A stretch of DNA of 64,000 bases from an uncultured bacterium (GTDB taxonomy: Bacteria; Planctomycetota; UBA1135; GCA-002686595), in the NCBI GenBank assembly GCA_943787795.1, contig CALSNU010000001.1:1248001-1312000 (forward strand), in the 5' to 3' direction. Below, one piece after another: positions 55,215-64,000 of this stretch. Position 1 is the stretch's first letter. Every line of letters starts with the position of its first letter. The notes below the pieces were generated by a model that was not told where the DNA came from, did no database searches, and was given only the letters and a program-made list of their open reading frames with translations. The position numbers were made by a program, and so were the translations under genes.

Positions 55215-57245
55215 TCAGCGCGCGGGCCCGCCCGAGAATGAGACATCAAAGACGCGATGGCCGCCCTCCTCCTCCCGGAGGACGAGATCCCCGCCCTGGC
55301 CGACGGCGATGGCCCCGGCGGCGGCGAGGGCATTGGCCCCGATCTCCGGGAGTCGCGCCTTGAGGGCGTAGGGCTGGAGGGCCTTCGCGGGCTCGAGACC
55401 GGCCATCGGCCCCGCCGGAAAGCGAATGTGTGCACAGGGGGTGCCTGCGGCGTCCGCGTCGACGGAGACCCTGAGGACATCGCCGGGACCCGCGCAGCCG
55501 ATGGCCGTGAGCAGCAGGGCCTCGAGCGCCATCGTGACCAGTAGCTTGTCCGCTTCCACCGGAGCCTGCTCGATCCTCGAACGGAAGAGGATGCGCGGCG
55601 CGTCCGGGGTCTGGCCGGCGAGCGCGCCGAGCTGCTCCTCGACGAGGACACTCAGGTCGAAGACCTGCTCGCCCCTGGGCGGAGGGGCTGCGACGTACCC
55701 GATGGTGCGGGTGAACTGCCGGAGGTGCCCGAGCTCACGCTCGAGGCCCAGGTGGGCGTGGGTGGAGCGAGCGGTCAGGTCAAGGGCTTGGACGATGTCG
55801 GCGAGGTCAGCGACCTGATCTTTCAGCCAGGCCGGCCGCTGGGACTCCCTCGCCGCGGCATCTGCGCTGGGGCCTGCGCTGGGGTCGGTCGGAAGGGCCT
55901 CGTTCGGGGAGGAGCTGACCGCTGGGGAGGCTTCACCCACCGATCGCCGGTCGGAAGGGGGCTCACTTGATGTGCCGGTCGCGTCGGGGAACTCGGGCGG
56001 GGCGTCGGCGACTCCGTCGGAGTCACGGGTCTCAAGGTCTCGCTCTCCGGCGATCTCCGCAGGCGGCCCGAGGTCGATCGCGGTGTCTTCCTCTGCGCCC
56101 TCGAGAGCCGACGCCTCGTGGCCCCCCGGCCCCATGGCGGGAATCACGAAGTCGTCGGTCTCGCTGAAGAACGCCTCGATCTCCTCGTCGGTCAGGAGCG
56201 GTCCGTCGAGCGAGAGCGCGTCGGCGGGGTGCTTATCCGCGGTATCCGCCTCGACCGTCGAGGCGTCCAGCACCGGAGACTCGTGCAGCGTGGACTCCGC
56301 CGCGACGGCGCCTGGTCCGCCCTCGGAGGGGGATACGTCCGCGCCCCGGAGCGTGGATTTGGCGACCGGAATTGGGCGCTCAGACTCGGCGGTCGCGGTA
56401 CGCAGGAAGGCGGACCGAGCTCGCTCGGAGGGAGCCTGCGGGTGGAGGCGTGGAGAGGCGGGAGCGCCGGGCGCGAGGGGGCCGGCATGGAGCAGTGGCG
56501 ACGGCGGCGGCGGAGCCTGACCCTGGATCGACAGCGGCTGAGATGGCGGGCCTTGCTCGCCGGCGCCAAGGGCCGAAGGGGCGGCTGCATCGCGTTCGGG
56601 CCTCCCGTCCCGCTCAGGCGCTCCGTCGCGCCCGAGGATCGACTCGATCTCGCTGAGCTCGAGCGCCTTTCGGTGGTCGGCGTCTGGATCGCCTGGCTCC
56701 GGTGCAGCGGCTCCCCAAGTCGGAGCCTCGGTGGGCAGCCGTCTCGCGGCGTCCTGGTCATTCACCGCGTCGGCCCCTTCCGCGCTCGACGTCTCCTGGC
56801 CGGTGCCCGCTGGGGCAGATCTCGCGGGAGCTGAGGCCGCCCCGAGCGAGCCTGCTTCCGGCGTATTGGACGGGTCCAGGTCACCGTGTCGAAGCTGGTC
56901 GAGGGCGAGCCCCTCAAGTTGTTCGAGGTCCAGCGGCCAGGGCAGGCGCGCTCCTCGGATCCCCGCTTCGGCGAAGGCTGACGCTGTGAGGTCCTCTTCG
57001 CCGACCCAGAGGATGCGGCTTCCTGGACAGGACTCCTGCCAGCGCCGGAGGAGGCCTGCGTCAGCGAATGGGACGTCCTTGAGGTCCGCGATGAGCCTGG
57101 CGCCAGCGGCGGCGTCCAGTTCGAACAGCTCCATGGCGTCGTCGGCACGCTGAACCTGGCCCGCGGGGGCTCCAGAGGCCACGAGCAGCGCGTCCAGCCT
57201 GATGAGGCGGGGCGAGGAGAGGACGATGATCCGGGCGCGGGCCAT
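55215..57245 (-). CDS. Degenerate histidine-kinase-like protein (receiver-like N-terminus, long disordered linker, HATPase-like C-terminus)
   Basis: The C-terminal ~200 aa follow HK topology (FDLSVLVEE..., VEADKLLVTMALEALLLTAI, QPY, ALAAAGAIAVGQGGDLVL..EGG..VFDVSF). The centre is a Pro/Ala/Ser/Glu-rich low-complexity region. Confidence 0.65.
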   Translation of the reverse strand: MARARIIVLSSPRLIRLDALLVASGAPAGQVQRADDAMELFELDAAAGARLIADLKDVPFADAGLLRRWQESCPGSRILWVGEEDLTASAFAEAGIRGARLPWPLDLEQLEGLALDQLRHGDLDPSNTPEAGSLGAASAPARSAPAGTGQETSSAEGADAVNDQDAARRLPTEAPTWGAAAPEPGDPDADHRKALELSEIESILGRDGAPERDGRPERDAAAPSALGAGEQGPPSQPLSIQGQAPPPPSPLLHAGPLAPGAPASPRLHPQAPSERARSAFLRTATAESERPIPVAKSTLRGADVSPSEGGPGAVAAESTLHESPVLDASTVEADTADKHPADALSLDGPLLTDEEIEAFFSETDDFVIPAMGPGGHEASALEGAEEDTAIDLGPPAEIAGERDLETRDSDGVADAPPEFPDATGTSSEPPSDRRSVGEASPAVSSSPNEALPTDPSAGPSADAAARESQRPAWLKDQVADLADIVQALDLTARSTHAHLGLERELGHLRQFTRTIGYVAAPPPRGEQVFDLSVLVEEQLGALAGQTPDAPRILFRSRIEQAPVEADKLLVTMALEALLLTAIGCAGPGDVLRVSVDADAAGTPCAHIRFPAGPMAGLEPAKALQPYALKARLPEIGANALAAAGAIAVGQGGDLVLREEEGGHRVFDVSFSGGPAR

Positions 57246-57448
57246 GGGCCTGAGTTTACGCAGCGGCGGGCTCGATCCACACGATCGATCGAGGGTCCGG
57301 GGCAACGCCCCAATCCGGTGCACGGGAAGAGTGGGGGCCCGCCCTGACCTCCTACTGCCCGGCCTGCCTATAGTCGCACCTGTCCGGGCGCCGAAGAAGC
57401 CTCCTGTGGGCCCCGTGAGCGCGACATTAACGAAACGATAGCCGTCCA

Positions 57449-58477
57449 ATGCCTCACGGAGACCCCGCAAACAGCCCGGCCCAGCACGACGAGAGCGGCA
57501 TCTCCGCCTCCGCCGTCGAGCTGTCGCTGGTCATCCCGGTCTTTGACGAGGAGCAGAACCTGCCGCAGCTGCACGCCGAGATCACCCGCCATGTCGCTCC
57601 CATGGGGCTCAGCTGGGAGGTGGTCTACGTGGACGACCGCAGCGTGGATCGCTCCTTTGAAGTGCTCATGGAGCTCCGAGAGAGAGACGAGCATGTACGG
57701 GTGGTTCGCTTCCGGCGGAACTTCGGACAGACCCCGGCGATGAGCGCTGGCTTCGAGCACAGCCGAGGTGACGTGGTCGTGACGCTGGACGCGGATCTCC
57801 AGAATGACCCGGCGGATATCCCCGCGCTCGTCGCCAAGCTCGGGGAGGGCTACGACATCGTGGTTGGGTGGCGGAAGAACCGGCAGGACGGACTCGTCCT
57901 TCGAAAGGTGCCCTCGCGGATCGCCAACCGCATGATCGCGAGGCTCACGGGGGCCACCGTTCACGACACGGGCTGCACCCTCAAGGCCTTCCGGCGCGAG
58001 CTGGTCGAGAACCTGCCCATCTACGCGGAACAGCACCGCTTCCTTCCGGTGCTCGCCCTCGCTAGCGGCGCCCGCATCGCGGAGATTGTGGTGAACCACA
58101 GACCTCGGATTCACGGGGTCAGCAAGTACGGGATCGGTCGCGCCGTCCGCGTCGCGCTGGACCTCTTGACCATGAAGATGCTCAGCTCGTTCGCGAAGAG
58201 CCCGCTGCCCTACTTCACGCTCCTCTCGATCCCGTTCGTGGTCACCCCGCCCCTGTACTTCGTCGCGGCGCTGCTCTCCTCAGAGGCTCCCACGTTTGAC
58301 AGCGGCTGGGGGCAGGCTGCGCTCTTCACCTTGGGCTTGATGATCTCCGCAGGCGTCTACTTTGTCCTTCTCGGGCTCCTCGCCGAGCTGGTGGTCAAGG
58401 TGTTTGGGCGGAGCGATCGGCCGCTGAGCAGCGCCGACGGCAGCGCGGCGGTCTTGCGGACAGGGGGCGTGGCGTGA
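57449..58477 (+). CDS. Glycosyltransferase family 2 (ArnC/DPM1-like polyprenol-phosphate glycosyltransferase)
   Basis: SLVIPVFDEE.NL, VDD.S.D, RRNFGQT.A..AG, TLDADLQNDP.DIP, HDTGC.LKAFR, HRFLP, two C-terminal TMs. Confidence 0.92.
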   Translation: MPHGDPANSPAQHDESGISASAVELSLVIPVFDEEQNLPQLHAEITRHVAPMGLSWEVVYVDDRSVDRSFEVLMELRERDEHVRVVRFRRNFGQTPAMSAGFEHSRGDVVVTLDADLQNDPADIPALVAKLGEGYDIVVGWRKNRQDGLVLRKVPSRIANRMIARLTGATVHDTGCTLKAFRRELVENLPIYAEQHRFLPVLALASGARIAEIVVNHRPRIHGVSKYGIGRAVRVALDLLTMKMLSSFAKSPLPYFTLLSIPFVVTPPLYFVAALLSSEAPTFDSGWGQAALFTLGLMISAGVYFVLLGLLAELVVKVFGRSDRPLSSADGSAAVLRTGGVA

Positions 58478-59472
58478 GTGATGTCGTACAACCCGCGCAG
58501 TCCGAGGCGACTGTGCTGGTCTCCAACGCCGCCCCCGATGTGACCATCGTCCTGCCGGTGCAGACCCAGAAGGCCGAGATCGACAACGTCCTCGAGGCCC
58601 TGGGCTCCACGCTGGAGCGACTGGGGTACACGTGGGAGTGCATCCTGGTCTTCGATGGGATCAAGGGGCCGCTCTGGGACCACGCGACCGCCCTCCAGGA
58701 GAAGACCCGCGATCAGGTCCGGACGATCGCCTTGCACAAGGCCTTCGGAGAGTCCGTCTGCCTGTCCAGCGCCTTCGAGCACGCCCGCGGCGGACTGATC
58801 CTGACCTCGCCTCCCTACGTCCAGACGGACCCGGACGGCCTACGGAGGATCTTCGAGAGCATCGACGACGGGGCGGACTTCGTGACCACCTGGAGGACGA
58901 CGCGCATTGACTCGAGGCTGAATCAGCTGCAGTCGTTCGCCTTCAACTGGATCGTCCGGAAGGTCGTCGGCGCGTCCTTCCATGACCTGAACAGCACCCT
59001 GCGCGTCATGCGCCGCGAGGTCCTCGATCAGATGACCATCTACGGCAACATGTATCGCTACCTCCCCGCTGTGGCGTATCGCCAGGGGTTCCGCGTCGAC
59101 GAGGTGCAGGTGCGGCACCTTTCTGAGTGGGGGAGCAGCAGCGTCTTCGGGCCCGGGATCTACCTCCGGCGAGCTCTCGATGTGCTGGGGTTGATGTTCC
59201 TTGCCCGGTTCACCCACAAGCCGCTGCGCTTCTTCGGCACCCTTGGCGGCTTCCTGATGTTCATCGGGGGCCTGCTGGCTGGGGTCGCGCTCATGGAGTG
59301 GGTGCTCCGGAGTGGAGACTTCTCGCTCTACAAGACGCCCTTCTTCCTGGTGGGTGTCCTCATGGGTGTCCTCGGCGCTCAGATCGTCGGCTTCGGACTC
59401 GTGGGGGAGATCATCGTGTTCACCCAGGCGCGGAACGTCCGGGAGTACCGGATCGAGCGGATCTACGAGTGA
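58474..59472 (+). CDS. Glycosyltransferase family 2 paralog lacking the DxD motif
   Basis: Colinear with the upstream GT2 (TIVLPV, FGESV...AF..ARG, HDLNS.LR..RREVL, YRYLP, KPLRFFG, two TMs), but ILTSPPYVQTDP replaces VVTLDADLQNDP. Confidence 0.85.
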   Translation: MSDVVQPAQSEATVLVSNAAPDVTIVLPVQTQKAEIDNVLEALGSTLERLGYTWECILVFDGIKGPLWDHATALQEKTRDQVRTIALHKAFGESVCLSSAFEHARGGLILTSPPYVQTDPDGLRRIFESIDDGADFVTTWRTTRIDSRLNQLQSFAFNWIVRKVVGASFHDLNSTLRVMRREVLDQMTIYGNMYRYLPAVAYRQGFRVDEVQVRHLSEWGSSSVFGPGIYLRRALDVLGLMFLARFTHKPLRFFGTLGGFLMFIGGLLAGVALMEWVLRSGDFSLYKTPFFLVGVLMGVLGAQIVGFGLVGEIIVFTQARNVREYRIERIYE

Positions 59473-60563
59473 TGGGCACCACAACCGAGACGACCGGTGA
59501 GTCGGGGGCTACGGCCGGGTCGGCAGCGCCCCTCGTGGTCCGCGCGGCGCTATCGACAGATACTGCGGCAATGGACCGGTTCGTTCTCTCTGCGGAGGAC
59601 GGGACGTTCTTCCACCTGTCGGGCTGGACGCGCGCGGTCGTGGACGAATTCAAGCACAGGGACCGATCCCTGGTCGCTCTCCGCGGCGACCAGGTCGTCG
59701 GCGTCCTGCCGCTGACTGAATGCGGGGGGGTGCTTGGGGGCCGGTCGCTGATCTCCAACGCCTATGCGGTCTACGGCGGCCCTGCGGCCGCGGACCGGGA
59801 GACCGAGGTGGCGCTGGTGCGCGCCGCGGAGGAGCTGGCTGTGGCCGAGGGCGTGGGGCGCCTGGAGCTGCGATGCAAGCGCGACCTCGACCTGGGGTTC
59901 GAGCGGCTCGATCTCCACGCGACCTTCATCCGCGAGCTGCCTGATCAGGCCGAGGAGGTGCTTAAGCGCATGCCCAAGAAGGCGCGGGCGGATGCTCGCA
60001 AGGCGCGCGAGGGGCACGGCCTGACGCTCGTGGAGGGCCGCTGGTATCTGGGCGACCTCGTCCGCCTCTTCCACGCGAACAAGCAGGCTCTGGGCTCGCC
60101 GGCGCTGCCCGCCACGTTCTTCGCCCGCCTGCTCTCGAACTTCCCGGACCACTCCACGATCCACCTCACCAAGCAAGGGGATGAGCCGGTCATGGCGGTC
60201 ATGTCGTTCCTCTTCCGGGATCAGGTGCTCGCGTACTACTCGGGCTCAGCTCCGGACGCGGACCGGCGGTGCAAGGCCAGCGGGTTCACCTACATGGCCC
60301 TCCAGGAGTGGTCCGTCCGCGCGGGCTATCGGCTCTTCGATTTTGGGCGGAGCCGAAAGGGGGCCGGTGCGTTCGCCTTCAAGGCGCGACAGGGCTTTGA
60401 GGCGCAGGACCTGTACTACCAGGTGCGCCTCGTCCGGGATCGCGCGCTGCCGAGCCTCAACCCGTCCAACCCCAAGACGCTGGTCCTGCAGCGTGGATGG
60501 CGCAGCCTCCCCGCGGGCCTCGCTCGCCGCCTCTCGACCTCGGCCTCGCGCTACCTCCCCTGA
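59472..60563 (+). CDS. FemAB-related GNAT protein (exosortase-A/PEP-CTERM-associated type)
   Basis: TFFH..GW, GVLPL, LIS..YAVYGGP, LELR, K.RA..RKA, LGSP..P..FF, FDFGRS..G.G...FK...GF, LNP.NPK, W..LP. ATG overlaps the upstream TGA. Confidence 0.88.
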   Translation: MGTTTETTGESGATAGSAAPLVVRAALSTDTAAMDRFVLSAEDGTFFHLSGWTRAVVDEFKHRDRSLVALRGDQVVGVLPLTECGGVLGGRSLISNAYAVYGGPAAADRETEVALVRAAEELAVAEGVGRLELRCKRDLDLGFERLDLHATFIRELPDQAEEVLKRMPKKARADARKAREGHGLTLVEGRWYLGDLVRLFHANKQALGSPALPATFFARLLSNFPDHSTIHLTKQGDEPVMAVMSFLFRDQVLAYYSGSAPDADRRCKASGFTYMALQEWSVRAGYRLFDFGRSRKGAGAFAFKARQGFEAQDLYYQVRLVRDRALPSLNPSNPKTLVLQRGWRSLPAGLARRLSTSASRYLP

Positions 60564-60752
60564 CGGGCGGTCGCGGTCGGTGGGGGGGAGCCTCGGCCAG
60601 GGCGCGAACGAGAGCGTCCCGCCGCCGAGCTGGCGATCGGGCACGGCCGAGGGGCTCCGTCGCCCCGGCGCGAGCCAAGCGGACATCCTCGGCGAGTCTC
60701 CTGCGGCGCAGAGAGCCCTGCCTGCCAGGTGCACGGGGGCCCGCGCCAGGCG

Positions 60753-63700
60753 TCAGCCCTGGAAGCCGGACTGGAAAGCCCCGCGAAGGTCGTCCACGCC
60801 GAGATCCACGAGGGTCTTTCCCGAGACCCCCTTGATGACCAGGCGGTCCTTCTTCGAGATCCGTCCGATGGGGGTCGTGGCGATGCCCATCATCTTGGTC
60901 TGGAAGTTGAACTTCTTGCCCTGCTCGACCTCCACGAGGAAGCGCGTGCAGGACTCGGAGAACAGCAGGGTGGCGTCCGGGTCATAGCCCTCGCCGAATG
61001 CCTCACGGTCGATGACCGAGAGGTCGATGTCCGCGCCCAGGCCTCCGGCCATGCACATCTCGGCGGCGGCGACCGCGAGGCCTCCCTCCGAGAGGTCGTG
61101 GCAGGCTCGCATCTGGCGCAGCTTGGTGGCGCCGTGGAGCTTGCGGAGACAGGAGGGTGCTCGCTCCAGGTCCGGGCGAGGGACCGTCCCGCCCTCGAGG
61201 CCAAGCATGTCGAGCCACTCGGAGCCGCCGAGCTCCGCGTTGGTGACTCCAACCAGGAGCAGCAGGTTGCCGGGCTGCTTGGCGTCCATGGTGACCGCAT
61301 TCGCGACGCTCGGGACGCGGCTCATGGCCGTGACATAGAGCGTGGGGGGGATGGAGAGGGTCTCATCGCCCACGCGGTACTCGTTGTTGAGTGAGTCCTT
61401 GCCAGAGACAAACGGGGTGCCATAGGCCATGGCCGCGGAGTAGCAGCCGCGGCTCGCGTGCACGAGAGCGCCGAGGCGATCGGGCTTGTCGCAGTTGCCC
61501 CAGGAGAAGTTGTCCAGGATCGCCGTGTGGTCGGGGTCGCCGCCGCAGGCCACGACGTTTCGCATGGCCTCATCGATGACGGCCTCCGCCATGGCCTCGG
61601 GGTCGAGGACGCCGTAGCGAGGGTTCGCTCCGCAGCCGAGGGCGACGCCCTTTCGGGAGTCGGGGAGCGGCCGCAGGATGATCCCGTCGGAGGGGCCGTC
61701 GGCGCGCTCGCCGCTGAGCGGCTTGATCACGCTCATCCCCTGCACCTCGTGGTCATATTGGCGAATGATCCACTCCTTGCTGGCGATGTTGGGCCTGCCG
61801 AGCAGGGCGAGCAGGGCGGCGTTCCAGGGCTTCTCGATGTCCTCGAACGTCTCGGTGTCACCGGGTCCCGGGCAACCGGGATCCGCGTGGTCGGGGGCGA
61901 TCCACTCTGCGCGCCGGGTGGGGCGCGGGGTGCCCTCATGGAGGAAGTGCATGGACATATCACCCACGACCTCCCCCTCGTAGCGCAGCACGAGACGGCC
62001 CGTGTCGGTGTACGTGCCGATCGCGGAGGCCTCGACCTCCTCTGACTCGAAGACGGCGATGAACTCCTCGAGGTTCTCGGTGGGAACGGCGAAGACCATC
62101 CGCTCCTGGGCCTCGCTGATCCAGATCTCCTCGGGGGTCAGGCCGGGGTACTTCAGGGGGACCTTCTCCAGGTCGACGTCGGCGCCGCACTCGGCGCCCA
62201 TCTCGCCGACCGCGGAGGAGAGCCCGCCCGCGCCGCAATCCGTGACGGCCCGGTAGAGCTTGAGGTCGCGGGCCCTCAGCAGTCCGTCGAGGACGCGCTT
62301 CTCCATGATCGGGTCGCCGATCTGAACGGCGGCCGCGGACACCATCTCGCTCTCCTCGGAGAGCTCGATGGAGGAGAAGGTGGCGCCGTGGATCCCATCG
62401 CGACCCGTGCGTCCGCCGACGGACACCACGATGTCCCCTGCGAGGACCTCCTTGGAGGCGCAGTCCCGCGGGATGAGCCCCACGGTGCCGGCGTAGACCA
62501 GCGGGTTGCCCACGTAGCCCTCATGGAACCAGACGCCGCCGGACACCGTCGGGATGCCCATGCGGTTGCCGTAGTCGCGCACGCCGTCCACGACGCCGCG
62601 CAGGATCCTGCGCGGGTGCATGGAGCCCTTAGGGACCTCCTCTTCGGGGAGGTCGGTGGGCCCGACGAAGAAGGCGTCGGTGTTCGCGATGGGCTTCGCG
62701 CCGAGGCCGACTCCGAGGATGTCTCGGATCACGCCGCCGATGCCGGTGCCCGCGCCGCCATAGGGGTCGATGGCGCTCGGATGGTTGTGGGTCTCGACCT
62801 TCACGGCAAGGCACCAGCCGCCGCGCTCCGGGTCCACGTCCGGCTCGAACTCGACGATGCCGGCGTTGTCATGGAAAACGCTGACGCACCAGTCCTTGTC
62901 GAGGTCGAAGGTGGCCTTGGCGATCGTCGACTTCAGGAGGTTGTCGATGACCTCACCGTCCATCTCGATCACGCCTCGGAAGGTCTTGTGCTGGCAGTGC
63001 TCGCTCCAGGTCTGCGCGATGGTCTCCAGCTCGCAGAGGCTGGGCTCGCGGCCCTCGGCGGCGTAGTGCCCCTGGACCTCCCTCATCTCGGTCAGGTTGA
63101 GGGAGAACGCCCCCTCGGTCGAGAGGCGCACGAGGCCCTCATCGTCGAGCGAGCTGATCGGGACCTCGACGCGTCCGTGCCGCGGGCGGGGCTCCGGCGC
63201 GCCGTAGGGGAGCGCCTCGCTCCCGATGGAGATGGCCTCGATGACCTCGTTGGCGAGGGCTGCGCGCGCGGCGCCATCCAGCGCGTCGACATCGGCCCCT
63301 TGCGCCAGCGTGATCTCCCAGGCCCGGAACGTGGACACGACGCCTCGGCTCTCGGGCGGCAGCAATCCATCGTCGCGGAGCGCATCTTCCAGGGTCTGGG
63401 CCACGGGATCCATCACACCCGGCTTGCGGGCGACGAGGACGCGGTGGGCGCCGGGGGTTGTGGTGGGCGCCGCCTTCGGGGCCGTGACCCGTACGTCGTC
63501 GACCACCGGGTCCACCAGGAACTCCTTCATGGCGCGCTGCCGAGCGGCCTCGTCAAGGCTCGGTGGGAGCAAGTAGCCCCGACCGAGGCGGACCGTGGCG
63601 ACTCCGTCAAGGCCAAGCTCCGTCAAGGCAGCCTGGGCGTGGACACCCTCGGGATCGTCGACGCCTTCGCGGCGGAAGACCTCGAAGCGCCAGGCGTCAG

Positions 63701-63767
63701 GGAGGGGCGAGCTGCTGGCAGGACCGGCGGCGCCGGACCCGGGAGAGGCCATTTCGGTGGAAGTCAT
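60753..63767 (-). CDS. purL: Phosphoribosylformylglycinamidine synthase subunit PurL with two N-terminal PurS-like modules
   Basis: AQTWSEHC.HK, K.ETHNHPSAIDPYGGA.TG.GG.IRD, TGRDGIHGATFSS, AVQIGDP, DCGAGGLSS, SEAQERM, QYDHEVQ, SGKDSLNNE, CHDLSEGGL. Confidence 0.96.
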   Translation of the reverse strand: MTSTEMASPGSGAAGPASSSPLPDAWRFEVFRREGVDDPEGVHAQAALTELGLDGVATVRLGRGYLLPPSLDEAARQRAMKEFLVDPVVDDVRVTAPKAAPTTTPGAHRVLVARKPGVMDPVAQTLEDALRDDGLLPPESRGVVSTFRAWEITLAQGADVDALDGAARAALANEVIEAISIGSEALPYGAPEPRPRHGRVEVPISSLDDEGLVRLSTEGAFSLNLTEMREVQGHYAAEGREPSLCELETIAQTWSEHCQHKTFRGVIEMDGEVIDNLLKSTIAKATFDLDKDWCVSVFHDNAGIVEFEPDVDPERGGWCLAVKVETHNHPSAIDPYGGAGTGIGGVIRDILGVGLGAKPIANTDAFFVGPTDLPEEEVPKGSMHPRRILRGVVDGVRDYGNRMGIPTVSGGVWFHEGYVGNPLVYAGTVGLIPRDCASKEVLAGDIVVSVGGRTGRDGIHGATFSSIELSEESEMVSAAAVQIGDPIMEKRVLDGLLRARDLKLYRAVTDCGAGGLSSAVGEMGAECGADVDLEKVPLKYPGLTPEEIWISEAQERMVFAVPTENLEEFIAVFESEEVEASAIGTYTDTGRLVLRYEGEVVGDMSMHFLHEGTPRPTRRAEWIAPDHADPGCPGPGDTETFEDIEKPWNAALLALLGRPNIASKEWIIRQYDHEVQGMSVIKPLSGERADGPSDGIILRPLPDSRKGVALGCGANPRYGVLDPEAMAEAVIDEAMRNVVACGGDPDHTAILDNFSWGNCDKPDRLGALVHASRGCYSAAMAYGTPFVSGKDSLNNEYRVGDETLSIPPTLYVTAMSRVPSVANAVTMDAKQPGNLLLLVGVTNAELGGSEWLDMLGLEGGTVPRPDLERAPSCLRKLHGATKLRQMRACHDLSEGGLAVAAAEMCMAGGLGADIDLSVIDREAFGEGYDPDATLLFSESCTRFLVEVEQGKKFNFQTKMMGIATTPIGRISKKDRLVIKGVSGKTLVDLGVDDLRGAFQSGFQG

Positions 63768-63929
63768 GGGGGGCTCGGCGGGGCTCCGCTGGCCCGTTCA
63801 GATGGGCTGGCCGCGCGCCGGGCCCCGATAGTAGTGCTGGAGACCGTCAGAAGGAACGAGCCTCTTGCTTGCCCGTCGGGGATCAGGTGGGGAGGATATG
63901 CGGGAGGCCGCTCCGCGGCAGGATCAGTC

Positions 63930-64000
63930 ATGTCCACGGAAGAGAAGACCAGAGAACCGGCCGGGCTCCCCTTTGAGCGCGACATCCAGGAGATGGAGCG
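63930..64000 (+). CDS. 5' end of a CDS running off the window, possibly acetyl-CoA carboxylase carboxyltransferase alpha (AccA)
   Basis: ATG 63930: MSTEEKTREPAGLPFERDIQEME resembles the AccA N-terminal L.FE.PI.ELE pattern. Only 23 codons are visible. Confidence 0.4.
   Translation, partial: MSTEEKTREPAGLPFERDIQEME

Overview
A GC-rich (roughly 70% by eye), densely coding bacterial window. The style of the secreted proteins and a PurS-fused PurL suggest Planctomycetota, possibly an OM190-like lineage (inference only). It holds housekeeping genes (nadA, mnmG, rpmB, moaC, accB, accC, glmS, purL, probably the 5' end of accA) and several secreted proteins and peptidases. It also holds a large exopolysaccharide/glycosylation gene set resembling exosortase-A/PEP-CTERM-associated loci: priming transferase, uxs, rfbD, rfbB, wza-like, wzc/wzz-like, ligase, amidotransferase, GT4, deacetylase, two GT2 and a FemAB-like gene, with an embedded pseudo-kinase / sigma-54 activator / giant TPR block. 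The four most notable observations are: (1) an in-frame UGA at 719-721, followed directly by a hairpin matching the bacterial SECIS model, joins two FG-GAP/ASPIC-type ORFs into a candidate selenoprotein that also has a CxxC redoxin-like domain; (2) an operon of a ZIP transporter, a His-rich metal permease fused to an HflK-type SPFH domain, HflC and a frameshifted HflK, with no ftsH in the window; (3) a ~135-aa C-terminal domain shared by two unrelated secreted proteins, a candidate sorting or anchoring domain; (4) apparent pseudoenzymes (histidine kinase, receiver, GT2). No tRNA, rRNA, CRISPR array or mobile element was recognised. All family calls come from motif recognition by eye; no database search was run.
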